From a virus (Duplodnaviria > Caudoviricetes), in the IMG/VR virus record IMGVR_UViG_3300050138_000573, positions 2,098 to 66,097 of that record: a stretch of DNA of 64,000 nucleotides; one strand, written 5' to 3'. The position numbers were made by a program, and so were the translations under genes. Of this stretch, positions 18,379-27,847 are shown in pieces. Below the pieces are notes generated by a model. That model did not search any database. It worked only from the letters and a program-made list of their open reading frames with translations, and was not told the DNA's origin. How positions within the stretch are numbered: the stretch's first letter is position 1; every line of letters starts with the position of its first letter.

Positions 18379-20517
18379 TCAGTTGACGTTGCTGCCGCTG
18401 AACCGGAAGGGAGCGCCTTTGATGGCCAGCACCCCAGCGCATTCGAATGCGTCGGCACCGGTGGCTCCCATGGGGTATGATGCGCCGCTGCCCGTCTGGT
18501 CGAGCAAGGGGCCGTAGCGATAGTTGAGAATCTGCCGCCCGCCGAAGTCGGCCACCGTCAGGATGGGGACCTCAACGGAATGGGTATCCGAAACCTCGAG
18601 ATGAACCGGATCAACCATCCTCGGGTCCTTGATCGTGAGGAGAACGGTGACCGGTGTGTTGGCGACGCTGCCGCCCCAGCCCGGGGTTTTGCCCCAAGAA
18701 GAGAGCCGGATGAGGGACCTATCGCCGCGGGAGACGGCCCAGAAGCCGCTACCCTTCTTGTCGTAGGCGAGACAGGTCACGTTGGGCCCGACCTTGAGTG
18801 AAGGCGTCACCGTGCTCGGCGTGCCATCCGCGTTGAAGAAGCTGAGCGTCCCATCGGGCGATGCGATGGTCGTCATCGCGAGACCGTCATTGGACATTAG
18901 GACCGCCGTGGGATTGGTTACATCCACCGTCTTGGTGATGGTCGGCGTCCAAGCGGGCTTTGCGTCAAAGCCGAACGGAAACTGTGTCGTGTCAGCGAGG
19001 TTGTAAACCGAGTAAAACGGGTTTCCCGGGTTCTGGTACTTCGTCGCATCGTAGTTCGCCTGCGTCGTGAAGTATTGGTTGAAGAGCCCCATGAACAAAG
19101 CTGTCAGGTCAAGGAAGCAGGCTTTGTTCTCGTACTTGGCGATCACCACCGCGGCGCCCGTCCGCGAGACGTAGCCCGAGTTGTTGCCGGCATATCCGCC
19201 GCCGCCGGTGTTGAAGTTGTCCCGGTCAGCCTGCACGTTCAGGTCATACTGCTCAAGCGAGCCTGCATTGCCGTCGGTCTTGTTGCTGATCGGATTGTGA
19301 TTGTACGGGCCACCGATAGCAGAAATGCCGGTCGGGAACACGAAGGGCAGATCGACGTAACCCAGAATCTTCATCCCGGTGAAGACGGCCGGATTCGGCA
19401 GGCCCGGATGAGCGACGGGCCAATCGGCCGGGAAGCCGGGGCTCTTCGCGCTGATTTGCAAATCCTGACCACCCCAGAGGGCGATGAAACAGACTTGGCC
19501 CACCATGCGGTCAGTGTCGATGACCGTGACCACCGCGAACTCATTGCGGCTCGTGATGGCGATGGCGGTCGGCTTTTTGTTCGCGGGTAGCTGCAATGCG
19601 GCCCAATCCGAGAACGCTGTAACGGTGCCGGCGGTCATAATCAACCCCTTGGAGAAGAGAATCAGACCGGAATTAGCGTAGCCAGCAGGTCCGCGCGCCA
19701 CCCCAATCGGCAAGCCAATATCCAGTTTGCCGTTCAACACCGCCAAACACGTAGCGACGTTGCTATCCGGGCTGGAATCGCCATTCCCGGTGTTGATCGG
19801 AGCCTCAGTAAAAATGGCGTGGTCCCACTCGTAGATGTGAACACAATCGATGCCGATGCTCTCGTTATCGTTGGGGCTAACCGGCGGGGAAACCAGCGCG
19901 GCGGTCGCGTCGGACTTGTAGAGCAGCTGCCCCTGCGTTGAGGAGAAGTCGCCGGCCGCAACCGTCGCGGGGCCTCCCAAGCCCTCGCTCCAGGCACTGC
20001 GCTTATCAATCGTGACGCCCGTGATGGGCACCAAGGGGCGCAGGTAAACATCCGGGAATGTCTCGGGCGTGGGATGATAGAAGGTGTAGTTCTGCCCCAG
20101 CCGCGTGTTGTAGCCAGCCAAGGTGACATCGGACAGTTCCGCCATGATGGCAGCGGCGTCCGTGGGAATAGGGGGCGGTGGCAGCGTAATAACGACATCC
20201 CCTTTGTACGTCGGCGCATCCTGCGTCAGACCGAGGACCGCAGCTTGCGCTCCCACCACCGTCACGCGAAGCGCCTCTGAGAGCGTCACGGCTCCAGTCC
20301 CCACGCCCAAAGTCACCGACACATTGAGTTCCGAATCGCCCGGCAAATCGCCCGAAACGATCATGCATGACAATCCATCCGCGGCCGGAACCACCGTGCA
20401 TGAACCACTCGCGACCGCCCAGACCGGGATGGCATTCAGCGAGCCCGGCTTGCCTTTGCTATCGACCGGATGGAGGTAGAGCTTGACCTGCTGTTCGTTG
20501 GTGATCGTGAGGTTCAT
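18379..20517 (-). CDS. Ig-like N-domain + Pro linker + probable beta-propeller domain
   Basis: N-terminal 106 aa paralogous to 16439-16759; LPPPPIP linker; repeated PTAIAIT/PTGISA/PTAVLM strands. Confidence 0.75.
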   Translation of the reverse strand: MNLTITNEQQVKLYLHPVDSKGKPGSLNAIPVWAVASGSCTVVPAADGLSCMIVSGDLPGDSELNVSVTLGVGTGAVTLSEALRVTVVGAQAAVLGLTQDAPTYKGDVVITLPPPPIPTDAAAIMAELSDVTLAGYNTRLGQNYTFYHPTPETFPDVYLRPLVPITGVTIDKRSAWSEGLGGPATVAAGDFSSTQGQLLYKSDATAALVSPPVSPNDNESIGIDCVHIYEWDHAIFTEAPINTGNGDSSPDSNVATCLAVLNGKLDIGLPIGVARGPAGYANSGLILFSKGLIMTAGTVTAFSDWAALQLPANKKPTAIAITSRNEFAVVTVIDTDRMVGQVCFIALWGGQDLQISAKSPGFPADWPVAHPGLPNPAVFTGMKILGYVDLPFVFPTGISAIGGPYNHNPISNKTDGNAGSLEQYDLNVQADRDNFNTGGGGYAGNNSGYVSRTGAAVVIAKYENKACFLDLTALFMGLFNQYFTTQANYDATKYQNPGNPFYSVYNLADTTQFPFGFDAKPAWTPTITKTVDVTNPTAVLMSNDGLAMTTIASPDGTLSFFNADGTPSTVTPSLKVGPNVTCLAYDKKGSGFWAVSRGDRSLIRLSSWGKTPGWGGSVANTPVTVLLTIKDPRMVDPVHLEVSDTHSVEVPILTVADFGGRQILNYRYGPLLDQTGSGASYPMGATGADAFECAGVLAIKGAPFRFSGSNVN

Positions 20518-20548
20518 GACGGGTTAGACCGGGTGGCGCTGGGCTAGT

Positions 20549-21031
20549 TCAAGGCGTCTTAGTGCTTCGAACTCCCCGCCAATATCCAATGCCATCCAGC
20601 AGCCCATTGGAAAAATCCGTGATGGCTGTGGTTGCCACGACTTGATCGACGGTGGGCGCTTTCCCGCCATTCAGGGAGGCATTACTCTGAATGACACCAG
20701 AGAGGAAAGCAGCGGCCTGCTCGAGTTTGCTCGAGTCAGCCGGAACCAATTTCGCGAGGAGCGTGCTGTTGACCGAGAGTTTCTGGATTTCACCGGAGAG
20801 CACACCCATGTCGGTCGAGGTGAGTTTACCGCTGTTGATCTGCGGCAGCTTCGCAGCCACGTCCTGGATCGTGGCAACCAGTGTGGCGTCGTGGTTGAGA
20901 TTGTCCGAGGCGGCGGCATAGCCGGCGGCGTAGATGCCGGTCGCGGCCATCTGCTGCGGAGTTTGGGAGACACAGGCGGTGAAGACGAACGCGCAGAGCG
21001 CGGCGAGGAGACTGGCGAGTTGGATTTTCAT
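20549..21031 (-). CDS. lipoprotein (possible spanin or exclusion protein)
   Basis: MKIQLASLLAALCAFVFTA-C lipobox-like signal. Confidence 0.7.
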   Translation of the reverse strand: MKIQLASLLAALCAFVFTACVSQTPQQMAATGIYAAGYAAASDNLNHDATLVATIQDVAAKLPQINSGKLTSTDMGVLSGEIQKLSVNSTLLAKLVPADSSKLEQAAAFLSGVIQSNASLNGGKAPTVDQVVATTAITDFSNGLLDGIGYWRGVRSTKTP

Positions 21032-21255
21032 GGTTGGGAAGTGTCTTTGGGTTTGGCGGATAGTTCGGCCTGATAGTCCTGGGCGATGACCTTGGGGAGA
21101 TTCTCACCGAAAAAGAAGCTTTTCACAATACGTACAAGACCTCCCCCGTTGCGCACCGAACTGATGAAGGAGCCGAGCAACTTGAGCGCGACGACAACCT
21201 CCATGATCCGGAGCTGCATCGCTTGGGAAAGCCCGGCAAGGTCGGGGGTGTCCAT
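21028..21255 (-). CDS. small membrane protein (holin candidate)
   Basis: 75 aa, hydrophobic core, overlaps neighbours. Confidence 0.6.
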   Translation of the reverse strand: MDTPDLAGLSQAMQLRIMEVVVALKLLGSFISSVRNGGGLVRIVKSFFFGENLPKVIAQDYQAELSAKPKDTSQP

Positions 21256-21683
21256 TATTTCTTCGGTTCGCCTGGCAGGAGGTACTGCCGCAGGACAGCG
21301 AGCGTGGCCGGCTTGATTTTCGACGCCGTGATCTCGTCGTCAGTCAGTTTGAAGCGCGTGAGTTCGACGGTGATCTCGTTGTTCTGGTTCGCCTCGGCCT
21401 CGGCCTGGTAGGCGACGAACTCGGGATCAAGGACAGTCATCTTGGCATCCAGCTTGTGACGTTTTTGCGCGGCCTGCTGCCCTTTGCCGTAGGCTTCGAC
21501 CTTCGGTTTCAGCGAGTTGATGTCATCGGCGGCGATCGTGGTGTTGGAAGCGGTGAGGCCGGCGTCGATGCTCAAGAGTGCGGCTAGGAGTTGGTCAGCC
21601 TGGGTGTTCGTCAGCTTGATCGGCTCTGCTTTGGCCGCGACGGTGAAAACGCAAAGGGCGAGAAGGAGAACGATTTTTTTCAT
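21255..21683 (-). CDS. signal-peptide-bearing protein downstream of fibre (chaperone candidate)
   Basis: MKKIVLLLALCVFTVAAKA-EP Sec signal; helical body. Confidence 0.7.
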   Translation of the reverse strand: MKKIVLLLALCVFTVAAKAEPIKLTNTQADQLLAALLSIDAGLTASNTTIAADDINSLKPKVEAYGKGQQAAQKRHKLDAKMTVLDPEFVAYQAEAEANQNNEITVELTRFKLTDDEITASKIKPATLAVLRQYLLPGEPKK

Positions 21684-21748
21684 CCAGCCGTGAATGGGCT
21701 TTTTCACAGCGGAAGGAAAGGAAAAAAGCGTCTAGCGCGGAAATGGCT

Positions 21749-24700
21749 TTATTGGGCCACACAAATTTTGTACGCGACTCCGCCAACATCCACTTGAATG
21801 TATCTCGTCGAGTCGAAAACCGTGGCGGTTGTGACCAAGATGCCGAGTTTCCATACTCCCGCTGTGCCACCAGAAGGAGCGCCGGACGTATAGGAGGCAG
21901 CGGTAATTTTCCCGGTCAGAAAATTGTCATCCGAACCCGCCTGATAGATGCCCCAATGCGTCGTAGCCGTGGCACCAGCAGCGATGTAAAGTTGATATGA
22001 GGTATTGAGGCCGCTCGTTCCCGTGACGGTGGGAGTGTTGATGACGTAGGAGAAGGCGAGCAAGCCAGTCAGACCTCCGCTCGTTGTCGCGAAGATAGAG
22101 GTGTTTTGCATTCCTGATAACGTATCGCTGTTGGCAGCTGCGGTGAGCGTGGGCTGCGCAAAAATGCCAATGCTTGAGCCGGCGCTTGTCGTCGCCGCTG
22201 GCGAGATCACTACCGGAATACGGGCAGTCGGCGATGCGCCGACACCTAATTGTGCCGCGACCACGGAACCGCCCGCGTTCACATTGCCGCCGCCGATGCC
22301 AACTGAGGTGGCTGAAGTACCGACCGTAGCAGCTACGATAAGACCACCGGTGATCGAGGAGACAGCACTCGTAGCGTCGATAAGAGCAAGCGTATGGTTT
22401 CGGGTGAAAATGGCGTTCGTTCCTTGAATCGGGGGGGACATGCCAACGGTGAACGCATCCGTGAAAGTCTGAGAAGCTCCGGCTGACGCGTAGGTCGGGC
22501 CACCGAAAAAAACTTCCCGCTGAAGACCAACCGTTCCGGTCGTCGCCCATGTCCTCGTCCCGGTGATTATGCGCCATCCGATCGATTCCGTCGAGGCCGT
22601 GATTCCAGTATCCGTCGGGGTGGTTGTGGACCAATAAGCCGCGACCCCTGAGGAACGTGCTGTCGGAGCAAAGGTGCTGGTGCCAGTGAATATCTGGGTC
22701 GTGCCTAGTCCGGCCACGGTAGCCGAGGCTGCGGGAAATGTCATTACGGTGGCGTCGGTTCCGGCCAGCGTAATCGTGTTTTGAAACGTCAGCGTTTTCG
22801 CTGCCGTCCCTGTCAGTGTGTAGCTTCCGGTCGTGAAGGTATTGCCGTTAAATGTCGTGCCCGAGATTGCGCCCCCAGCTGTGATCGTGCCACCGGCATT
22901 GATATTGCCTCCGCCAATGCCGACCGAAGTGGCCGAGGTCCCTACCGTTGCGGCAACAATCAAGCCGCCTGTAATTGAAGATGCGGCACTCGTAGAATCG
23001 ATGACGGCCAGCGTGTGACCGCGGGTGAAGATGGCATTCGACCCAGCAATTGGTGGTGACATGCCCACCGTGAAGGCGTCGGTAAAGGTCTGAGAAGCTC
23101 CGGCTGACGCGTAGGTCGGGCCACCGAAAAAAACTTCCCGTTGGAGACCGACCGTACCCGTGGTTGCCCAAGTGCGTGTGCCAGTCGCAATGCGCCAACC
23201 GATCGATTCCGAAGATGCAGTAATTCCAGTATCGGTAGGAATGTTGACCAAAAAATACGGGGCTGTGCCCGATGACCTCGCCGTTGGCGTCCAAGTGTGG
23301 ATGCCGGTCCAGGTCGGAGAATCGCCCAGAGCCACGCCGCCGGTTGATGCGGCCCAGGTCGTGTTACCCGAGCCGTCCGTCTGGAGAAACCAGAGATTGG
23401 TTCCTGCCGTGCTCGGCAACTTCAGTGTCCAGAATCCCGCCGCATCTGCGGTCGTGACCGTCACGACGCCAGAGGTCGTTCCGGCTATCTTCAGCAAGCC
23501 GGTCGCGCTGCTGGCGAGGCCCAGGGTCAGCGATTTGGTGAATTGGACAATGTTCGCGCGCAGCCCGTAAAGATTCGTCAGCGTGGCATTCGTGCCCTGA
23601 ATCGGGTCCGCGATGTCCACGTTGATCGCGGTGGTAAAAGTCGTGGCCGCAACCGCGGTAATAGTGTTCGCGCCAAAGACGTGCTCACGCTGCAGGGCGA
23701 CCGACCCCGTGGCCCATTGGCGCGTGCCGGCCGTAAAATTGACACCAATCGATTCCGTCGTGGCTGTGATCGCAGTGTCCGCCGGCATGGTCACCGTCAG
23801 GTAGGACGCGGCACTGGCGTTGCGCAGGGTCGGTACAAGGACATTGGCCGCGGTTGTCGTAAGAAGAGTGCCTGAACTCGGCAGTGTGAGCGACGTGTTG
23901 CCGGTGATCGTAAACGTGGTGGTGAACGCCCCTGAGAAGGTCACGCTTCCGCCGATCGTGATTAAGCTCGAGCCGTTGTTGACGCCCGTGCCGCCGTAGG
24001 TGCCAGTGACTACCGACCCTTGCCAGGCGCCGGTCCCGATAACGCCAACCGTTGTCAGCGAAGAGGTGACCACCGTGTTAGCGATCGTTGTCCCGGTCAG
24101 GTTTGCCGCATCCACTCCAATCGTGATCGGGATCGTGCCATCGAAATCGACGCCGTTGATTGCCCGAGCTGTTTGGAGAGCCGTCGCCGTCCCGGCATTG
24201 CCAGTGATGTTCGTCTGGTCGCCCGTGTTCGTGCCCGAGAGAGTCGCATTCCCTGAAAGAGTCAGCGTCCGGCTGGAGGTGCCGCCGGCGATGGTGAAGC
24301 CCGTGGACTGCGCCGCCAGCGTCAGCCCATTGACCGTGGAGGGCGTGATGGCGCCAAGGGTAAGCGTGATGGCTGGCGTGGTCGTGGCGTTCGCTACCGA
24401 GCCGGAAACGCCGTTCGCCGTGACGACAGAGACGGTTGTCACACTGCCTGACCCACCTGTGGCCGTCAGGCTGCCGCCAGACAGGGTAAGTCCCGAGCCT
24501 ACGGTAATCTCTTGGATCGCGCCGGTTGAGGCCGTGGTGCGGCCAAGTAGCCGCGCTGTGCTCATCGTCAAGCCCGAGGTCGTGGTCGCACCTGGCGCCA
24601 CGTAGTCGGTCGCCGCGGCGGCAATCGAAGGCACGCCAGTCGTGGTCGTGTTCTTCAGGATGCCTGTGGCCAACCCGCCGAGCGACGTGCCATTGATTTT

Positions 24701-25249
24701 CGTTACCGTGACCGCGATCGAAGTGCCCCCGCTTCCGCTGGCGTCGCCAGAAAGTGTGATCGTCTGGTTGGCTGTGAGATACGTGCTTGTGTCGATGATG
24801 AGCGTACCGTTCGCGCTCGAGGTTTTCACGAAGCCGTTCGTCGTCAGATTGGAAAGGCGGGTAATGACCTGCGCCGGATTCACGGTCACCGTGCCTGCGC
24901 TGTTTGTCAGGCCCGTCGAGAAGGTGAGGCTGCTCTGCTTGCCGGCCAATGCCGCCACGAGGTCGGCCTGATTGCTCAGGACGCCGCCGATGCTCCCCCA
25001 GTTGACCGACCCGCCCGAGCTCGTCGCGCTGAGAACGTTTCCAACAAGAGACAAATTGGCACCCAGCGTGATGTCCGCCGGCCGCACGCTGCTGTTGAAG
25101 CCGAGCAGGCTGTTGGCGACGGGCGTGACAAAGCGATCAACGTAGGCTGGTGGGCTGGCCGACGTGGCCTGGCTGATCTTCACATCGTTGACGGCAATGC
25201 CGAAGGCTGACGCGGCGGCCGCGAGGAACAGAGCGAGAATCTTCTTCAT
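21749..25249 (-). CDS. tail-fibre/adhesin-like T/G/S/A-rich protein with Sec signal peptide
   Basis: MKKILALFLAAAASAFG; fibre-like motifs (WGSIGG.LSNQ.DL, GNAGTATALQTARAINGV.FDG, SGTNTGDQ); internal duplication. Confidence 0.8.
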   Translation of the reverse strand: MKKILALFLAAAASAFGIAVNDVKISQATSASPPAYVDRFVTPVANSLLGFNSSVRPADITLGANLSLVGNVLSATSSGGSVNWGSIGGVLSNQADLVAALAGKQSSLTFSTGLTNSAGTVTVNPAQVITRLSNLTTNGFVKTSSANGTLIIDTSTYLTANQTITLSGDASGSGGTSIAVTVTKINGTSLGGLATGILKNTTTTGVPSIAAAATDYVAPGATTTSGLTMSTARLLGRTTASTGAIQEITVGSGLTLSGGSLTATGGSGSVTTVSVVTANGVSGSVANATTTPAITLTLGAITPSTVNGLTLAAQSTGFTIAGGTSSRTLTLSGNATLSGTNTGDQTNITGNAGTATALQTARAINGVDFDGTIPITIGVDAANLTGTTIANTVVTSSLTTVGVIGTGAWQGSVVTGTYGGTGVNNGSSLITIGGSVTFSGAFTTTFTITGNTSLTLPSSGTLLTTTAANVLVPTLRNASAASYLTVTMPADTAITATTESIGVNFTAGTRQWATGSVALQREHVFGANTITAVAATTFTTAINVDIADPIQGTNATLTNLYGLRANIVQFTKSLTLGLASSATGLLKIAGTTSGVVTVTTADAAGFWTLKLPSTAGTNLWFLQTDGSGNTTWAASTGGVALGDSPTWTGIHTWTPTARSSGTAPYFLVNIPTDTGITASSESIGWRIATGTRTWATTGTVGLQREVFFGGPTYASAGASQTFTDAFTVGMSPPIAGSNAIFTRGHTLAVIDSTSAASSITGGLIVAATVGTSATSVGIGGGNINAGGTITAGGAISGTTFNGNTFTTGSYTLTGTAAKTLTFQNTITLAGTDATVMTFPAASATVAGLGTTQIFTGTSTFAPTARSSGVAAYWSTTTPTDTGITASTESIGWRIITGTRTWATTGTVGLQREVFFGGPTYASAGASQTFTDAFTVGMSPPIQGTNAIFTRNHTLALIDATSAVSSITGGLIVAATVGTSATSVGIGGGNVNAGGSVVAAQLGVGASPTARIPVVISPAATTSAGSSIGIFAQPTLTAAANSDTLSGMQNTSIFATTSGGLTGLLAFSYVINTPTVTGTSGLNTSYQLYIAAGATATTHWGIYQAGSDDNFLTGKITAASYTSGAPSGGTAGVWKLGILVTTATVFDSTRYIQVDVGGVAYKICVAQ
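22270..23290 (-). repeat. internal duplication of ~135 codons, copies offset by 621 bp
   Basis: PTARSSG...TRTWATTGTVGLQREVFFGGPTYASAGASQTFTDAFTVGMSPPI...GGGN.NAGG occurs twice; ~54-bp identical DNA at 22467 and 23088. Confidence 0.9.
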
Positions 25250-25250
25250 T

Positions 25251-25532
25251 TTAGGAACTGGCTTTGAACCAGGCTTTAACATTGGTGACCGGATCGTAGT
25301 CCGTAGGCCGCACTACGCCGTCCTGGGTGTCGGTCGAGTTTGCGAAGAGTTTCCAGACCTGCTCCGTGCCGTCGTCCGCATTGATCCACGCGCGGATCGC
25401 CCCCGGCAGCAGATTCGTCGTCGCGACAGCCGCCAAGTCTGTAAGACTGGTAATGCCGACATCCCACTTCGCCGCGGTGCCGCCGGCGGTGCCGGGCGGG
25501 TTGTAGATGGCTGTGCCGGGACGGGTTTTCAC
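25251..25532 (-). CDS. small virion-associated protein
   Basis: 93 aa; VVRPTDYD...N.K.W motif; immediately upstream of fibre. Confidence 0.65.
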   Translation of the reverse strand: MKTRPGTAIYNPPGTAGGTAAKWDVGITSLTDLAAVATTNLLPGAIRAWINADDGTEQVWKLFANSTDTQDGVVRPTDYDPVTNVKAWFKASS

Positions 25533-25535
25533 GGG

Positions 25536-25802
25536 TCAGTACGCCAGCACTTTTCCCGACGCCAGGGTGAAGCTCGTGATGTCGCCGTAGAAGGTGGCGC
25601 CGGCGGGCAGCACCACGCCTGAGAGATCCCCGCCGACATTGTTGGCGGTGATCGCGAGCACGGCTGCCGCCACCGCGGTAATCTGGCTATAACTGCCGGC
25701 GTGGGCAGCGGTGTCGGTGACGTAAATGCCACCCTGCGGGCCCGCGAGGGCGACGAGAAGTGCCTTGGTTTTGTTTGATCCGAATCGATTGGGTGCGCTC
25801 AT
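25536..25802 (-). CDS. small virion-associated protein
   Basis: 88 aa; LPAG...YG..TSFTLASGKVLAY. Confidence 0.65.
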   Translation of the reverse strand: MSAPNRFGSNKTKALLVALAGPQGGIYVTDTAAHAGSYSQITAVAAAVLAITANNVGGDLSGVVLPAGATFYGDITSFTLASGKVLAY

Positions 25803-25815
25803 GATGATGGGTGGG

Positions 25816-26700
25816 TTAGAAGCCGACTGGGCTGTAAACTCGATTGTTTGGGGACTGCTGCGCCGGTTGCGAGCGCAGGAAGACGGTCGCGGCCAAGGCG
25901 CTCTCCTTCACGGTATTGTCGTCTTCCTTGGACCGTGACGCCCAAACGAGCGTGTCCATCAGCGCGCGAAAGGCCAAGGGCATGAGTGCGGTCTCGATAA
26001 ACTGGTCCGGCACCGGGATAGTCGAGGCTGTGATGTAGTCGTTCAGCGTAAGCCGCTTCGCCCAGTAGGCGATCGGAACGGTGACGGAGTAGGCGCGATC
26101 CGGCGCCGGCGCGAAGCGCAGCACGAGGAGCGGCTCGTTGCCCTGAGAGTTGCCGAGGGGCTGCGTCCACCAGACCGCAGGACGGCCGACGTTCTGCTCC
26201 CACGGCCAGAGGGTGCCGCCAAAGGCCGGGACGATCTCGCCCTGGCCGAAAAGAAAACCGGCCTGCTGGTTGGCGAATTTCGGGTTGCCGACGATGCGAT
26301 CAAAGGGATACCGCTCCGAATACACCGCATCGCCGTAGATGGTCCCATTGACCGTGCCGGTCTCGCCCAAATAGGGATTCAGCACGCGGTCGGTCGCGAT
26401 AATCATGTTCCACGCGGGATCCCCGTCCAAGACCACCGTGCGGCCAAACTGCGCCGGCGTGAACACGTCCGAGGAAAGCAGGTTCGAATTGTTCGTCACG
26501 GCCAAGGTGACTGCTTGCGGCGCCGGCAGGAGGAAGCCTTCGGGCAGCGTCTTGAAAAAGGTGGGCAGCGCGTTGTAAACCTGGTTCAGCGCGGCATTCG
26601 CGGCTTGCACGAGGTCGATCTGCTCGGCCATCGAGAGCTTCGTGAAGTCGCCGGCGCGCGCCCGGCGCCCAATGCGGGACAGGAGTTGAATCGTTGTCAT
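25816..26700 (-). CDS. head-tail adaptor/tail-tubular-like protein
   Basis: RPAVWW...LRFAPAPDRAY.V...Y and IPVPD..E..L adaptor motifs; position after capsid. Confidence 0.6.
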   Translation of the reverse strand: MTTIQLLSRIGRRARAGDFTKLSMAEQIDLVQAANAALNQVYNALPTFFKTLPEGFLLPAPQAVTLAVTNNSNLLSSDVFTPAQFGRTVVLDGDPAWNMIIATDRVLNPYLGETGTVNGTIYGDAVYSERYPFDRIVGNPKFANQQAGFLFGQGEIVPAFGGTLWPWEQNVGRPAVWWTQPLGNSQGNEPLLVLRFAPAPDRAYSVTVPIAYWAKRLTLNDYITASTIPVPDQFIETALMPLAFRALMDTLVWASRSKEDDNTVKESALAATVFLRSQPAQQSPNNRVYSPVGF

Positions 26701-27416
26701 GCGTCAATTCTCCGGGGTGGTTTGTCTGGGATGACCGCGTTGGGGAACCCGCCGACATCAGCCAGGGTCTTCGTCGCGCGATCGTAATCGCGCTGAAGGC
26801 CGGGCATGATGTCGGGACGGCTGAAGAGGAATGAGTTCGTGACCAGCATGCGCGCGACCGGCAGGAAGACCGATTCGCAGTAGTTTTGCGCCACCGGCAG
26901 AATCGCGGTGCCGGCGGAGAAATCGTTGATGTCGTAGGTCGGCGCGTCGTGCACCACGTCCACGTAGAGATCGCCGGCGATGGACGGGCGCGGTGCCAAC
27001 CAGATTTTCACCTGGTTGATGTCGCCGGAATTTCCGTTCCTGACGTTCTCCACCCAATAGGCGAACGGGTCGCCTTCAGCGGTCCCTTGGTCTGAAACGC
27101 CAAGGTAGATGCGGTCAAATTGGTCGAGCTCGCCGCGGCTCTCGAGCGCGCGCAGCGGCGTCTCATCATTCCACCGGGCCGGCCCGATGACCGTCTGCAC
27201 GTCCTGCGGCAGCGTGAAAAATGCGGTGCCCGCCACGAAGGTCAGCACCACCTCTTCGCGGGTGAAGAAATCCTCGCCCGCCGTTTGGAGGATCTGCAGC
27301 GACCCGTTGATTGCGATCAGGCAATCCTGAAGAGCCAAGGCAGGAGCCAGCGAGGCATCCTCGTACCCCAATTTTGAGAGCAAATCATCCCTGACTTGGG
27401 CGATTGTTAGGGGCAT
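26697..27416 (-). CDS. head-tail adaptor-like protein
   Basis: TIAQVRDDL...GDP.AYWV...IWLAPRP; position after capsid. Confidence 0.6.
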   Translation of the reverse strand: MPLTIAQVRDDLLSKLGYEDASLAPALALQDCLIAINGSLQILQTAGEDFFTREEVVLTFVAGTAFFTLPQDVQTVIGPARWNDETPLRALESRGELDQFDRIYLGVSDQGTAEGDPFAYWVENVRNGNSGDINQVKIWLAPRPSIAGDLYVDVVHDAPTYDINDFSAGTAILPVAQNYCESVFLPVARMLVTNSFLFSRPDIMPGLQRDYDRATKTLADVGGFPNAVIPDKPPRRIDA

Positions 27417-27419
27417 TGC

Positions 27420-27791
27420 TCATGCGGCTGACGCGGCTTTCACCCCTGGCTTTTTCTTGAGCCGGTCGGGAGCAAGGCGCTTGATGACCTCCTCGGCCAT
27501 CTCGAGCGTGATCTCTTCGGCGGAAATGGTAGCCACAGGCACAGGCGGCGGAGCAACTGGCGGGGCGGGCGGCGGAACTTCGGCGGCGGGCGCGGACGCC
27601 ACGAGAATCACCTTGGGATTCAGATCGCGGTAACGCTCCAGGGCTTTCTCAACCTGCTCGTTGAACTCAGCCTCGTCGATCTCGCGGCCCAGGAAGATGA
27701 ACTTCCGGTAGCCCTCGGACCACTTGAACTCCTGTCGATGGTAGCCGTAAATGAGCGGTCTGCCTCCGACTGCGATAATGAATTTGGACAT
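27420..27791 (-). CDS. hypothetical protein
   Basis: MSKFIIAVGG..., 123 aa with Pro-rich linker. Confidence 0.6.
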   Translation of the reverse strand: MSKFIIAVGGRPLIYGYHRQEFKWSEGYRKFIFLGREIDEAEFNEQVEKALERYRDLNPKVILVASAPAAEVPPPAPPVAPPPVPVATISAEEITLEMAEEVIKRLAPDRLKKKPGVKAASAA

Positions 27792-27847
27792 AAAGTAAGG
27801 GATGGCCGGTATTGAGCCGGCCACCCGATGAATCACAACTGCGCAGT

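Noticed and set aside
16439-20517. Invertible DNA segment between the two inverted Ig-like paralogs
   Set aside because: The DNA copies are diverged with only short identical runs, and no invertase or recombinase gene was recognised.
22270-23290. Diversity-generating retroelement TR/VR pair in the fibre
   Set aside because: Both copies are in-frame within one gene, differences are not adenine-specific, and no reverse transcriptase is present.
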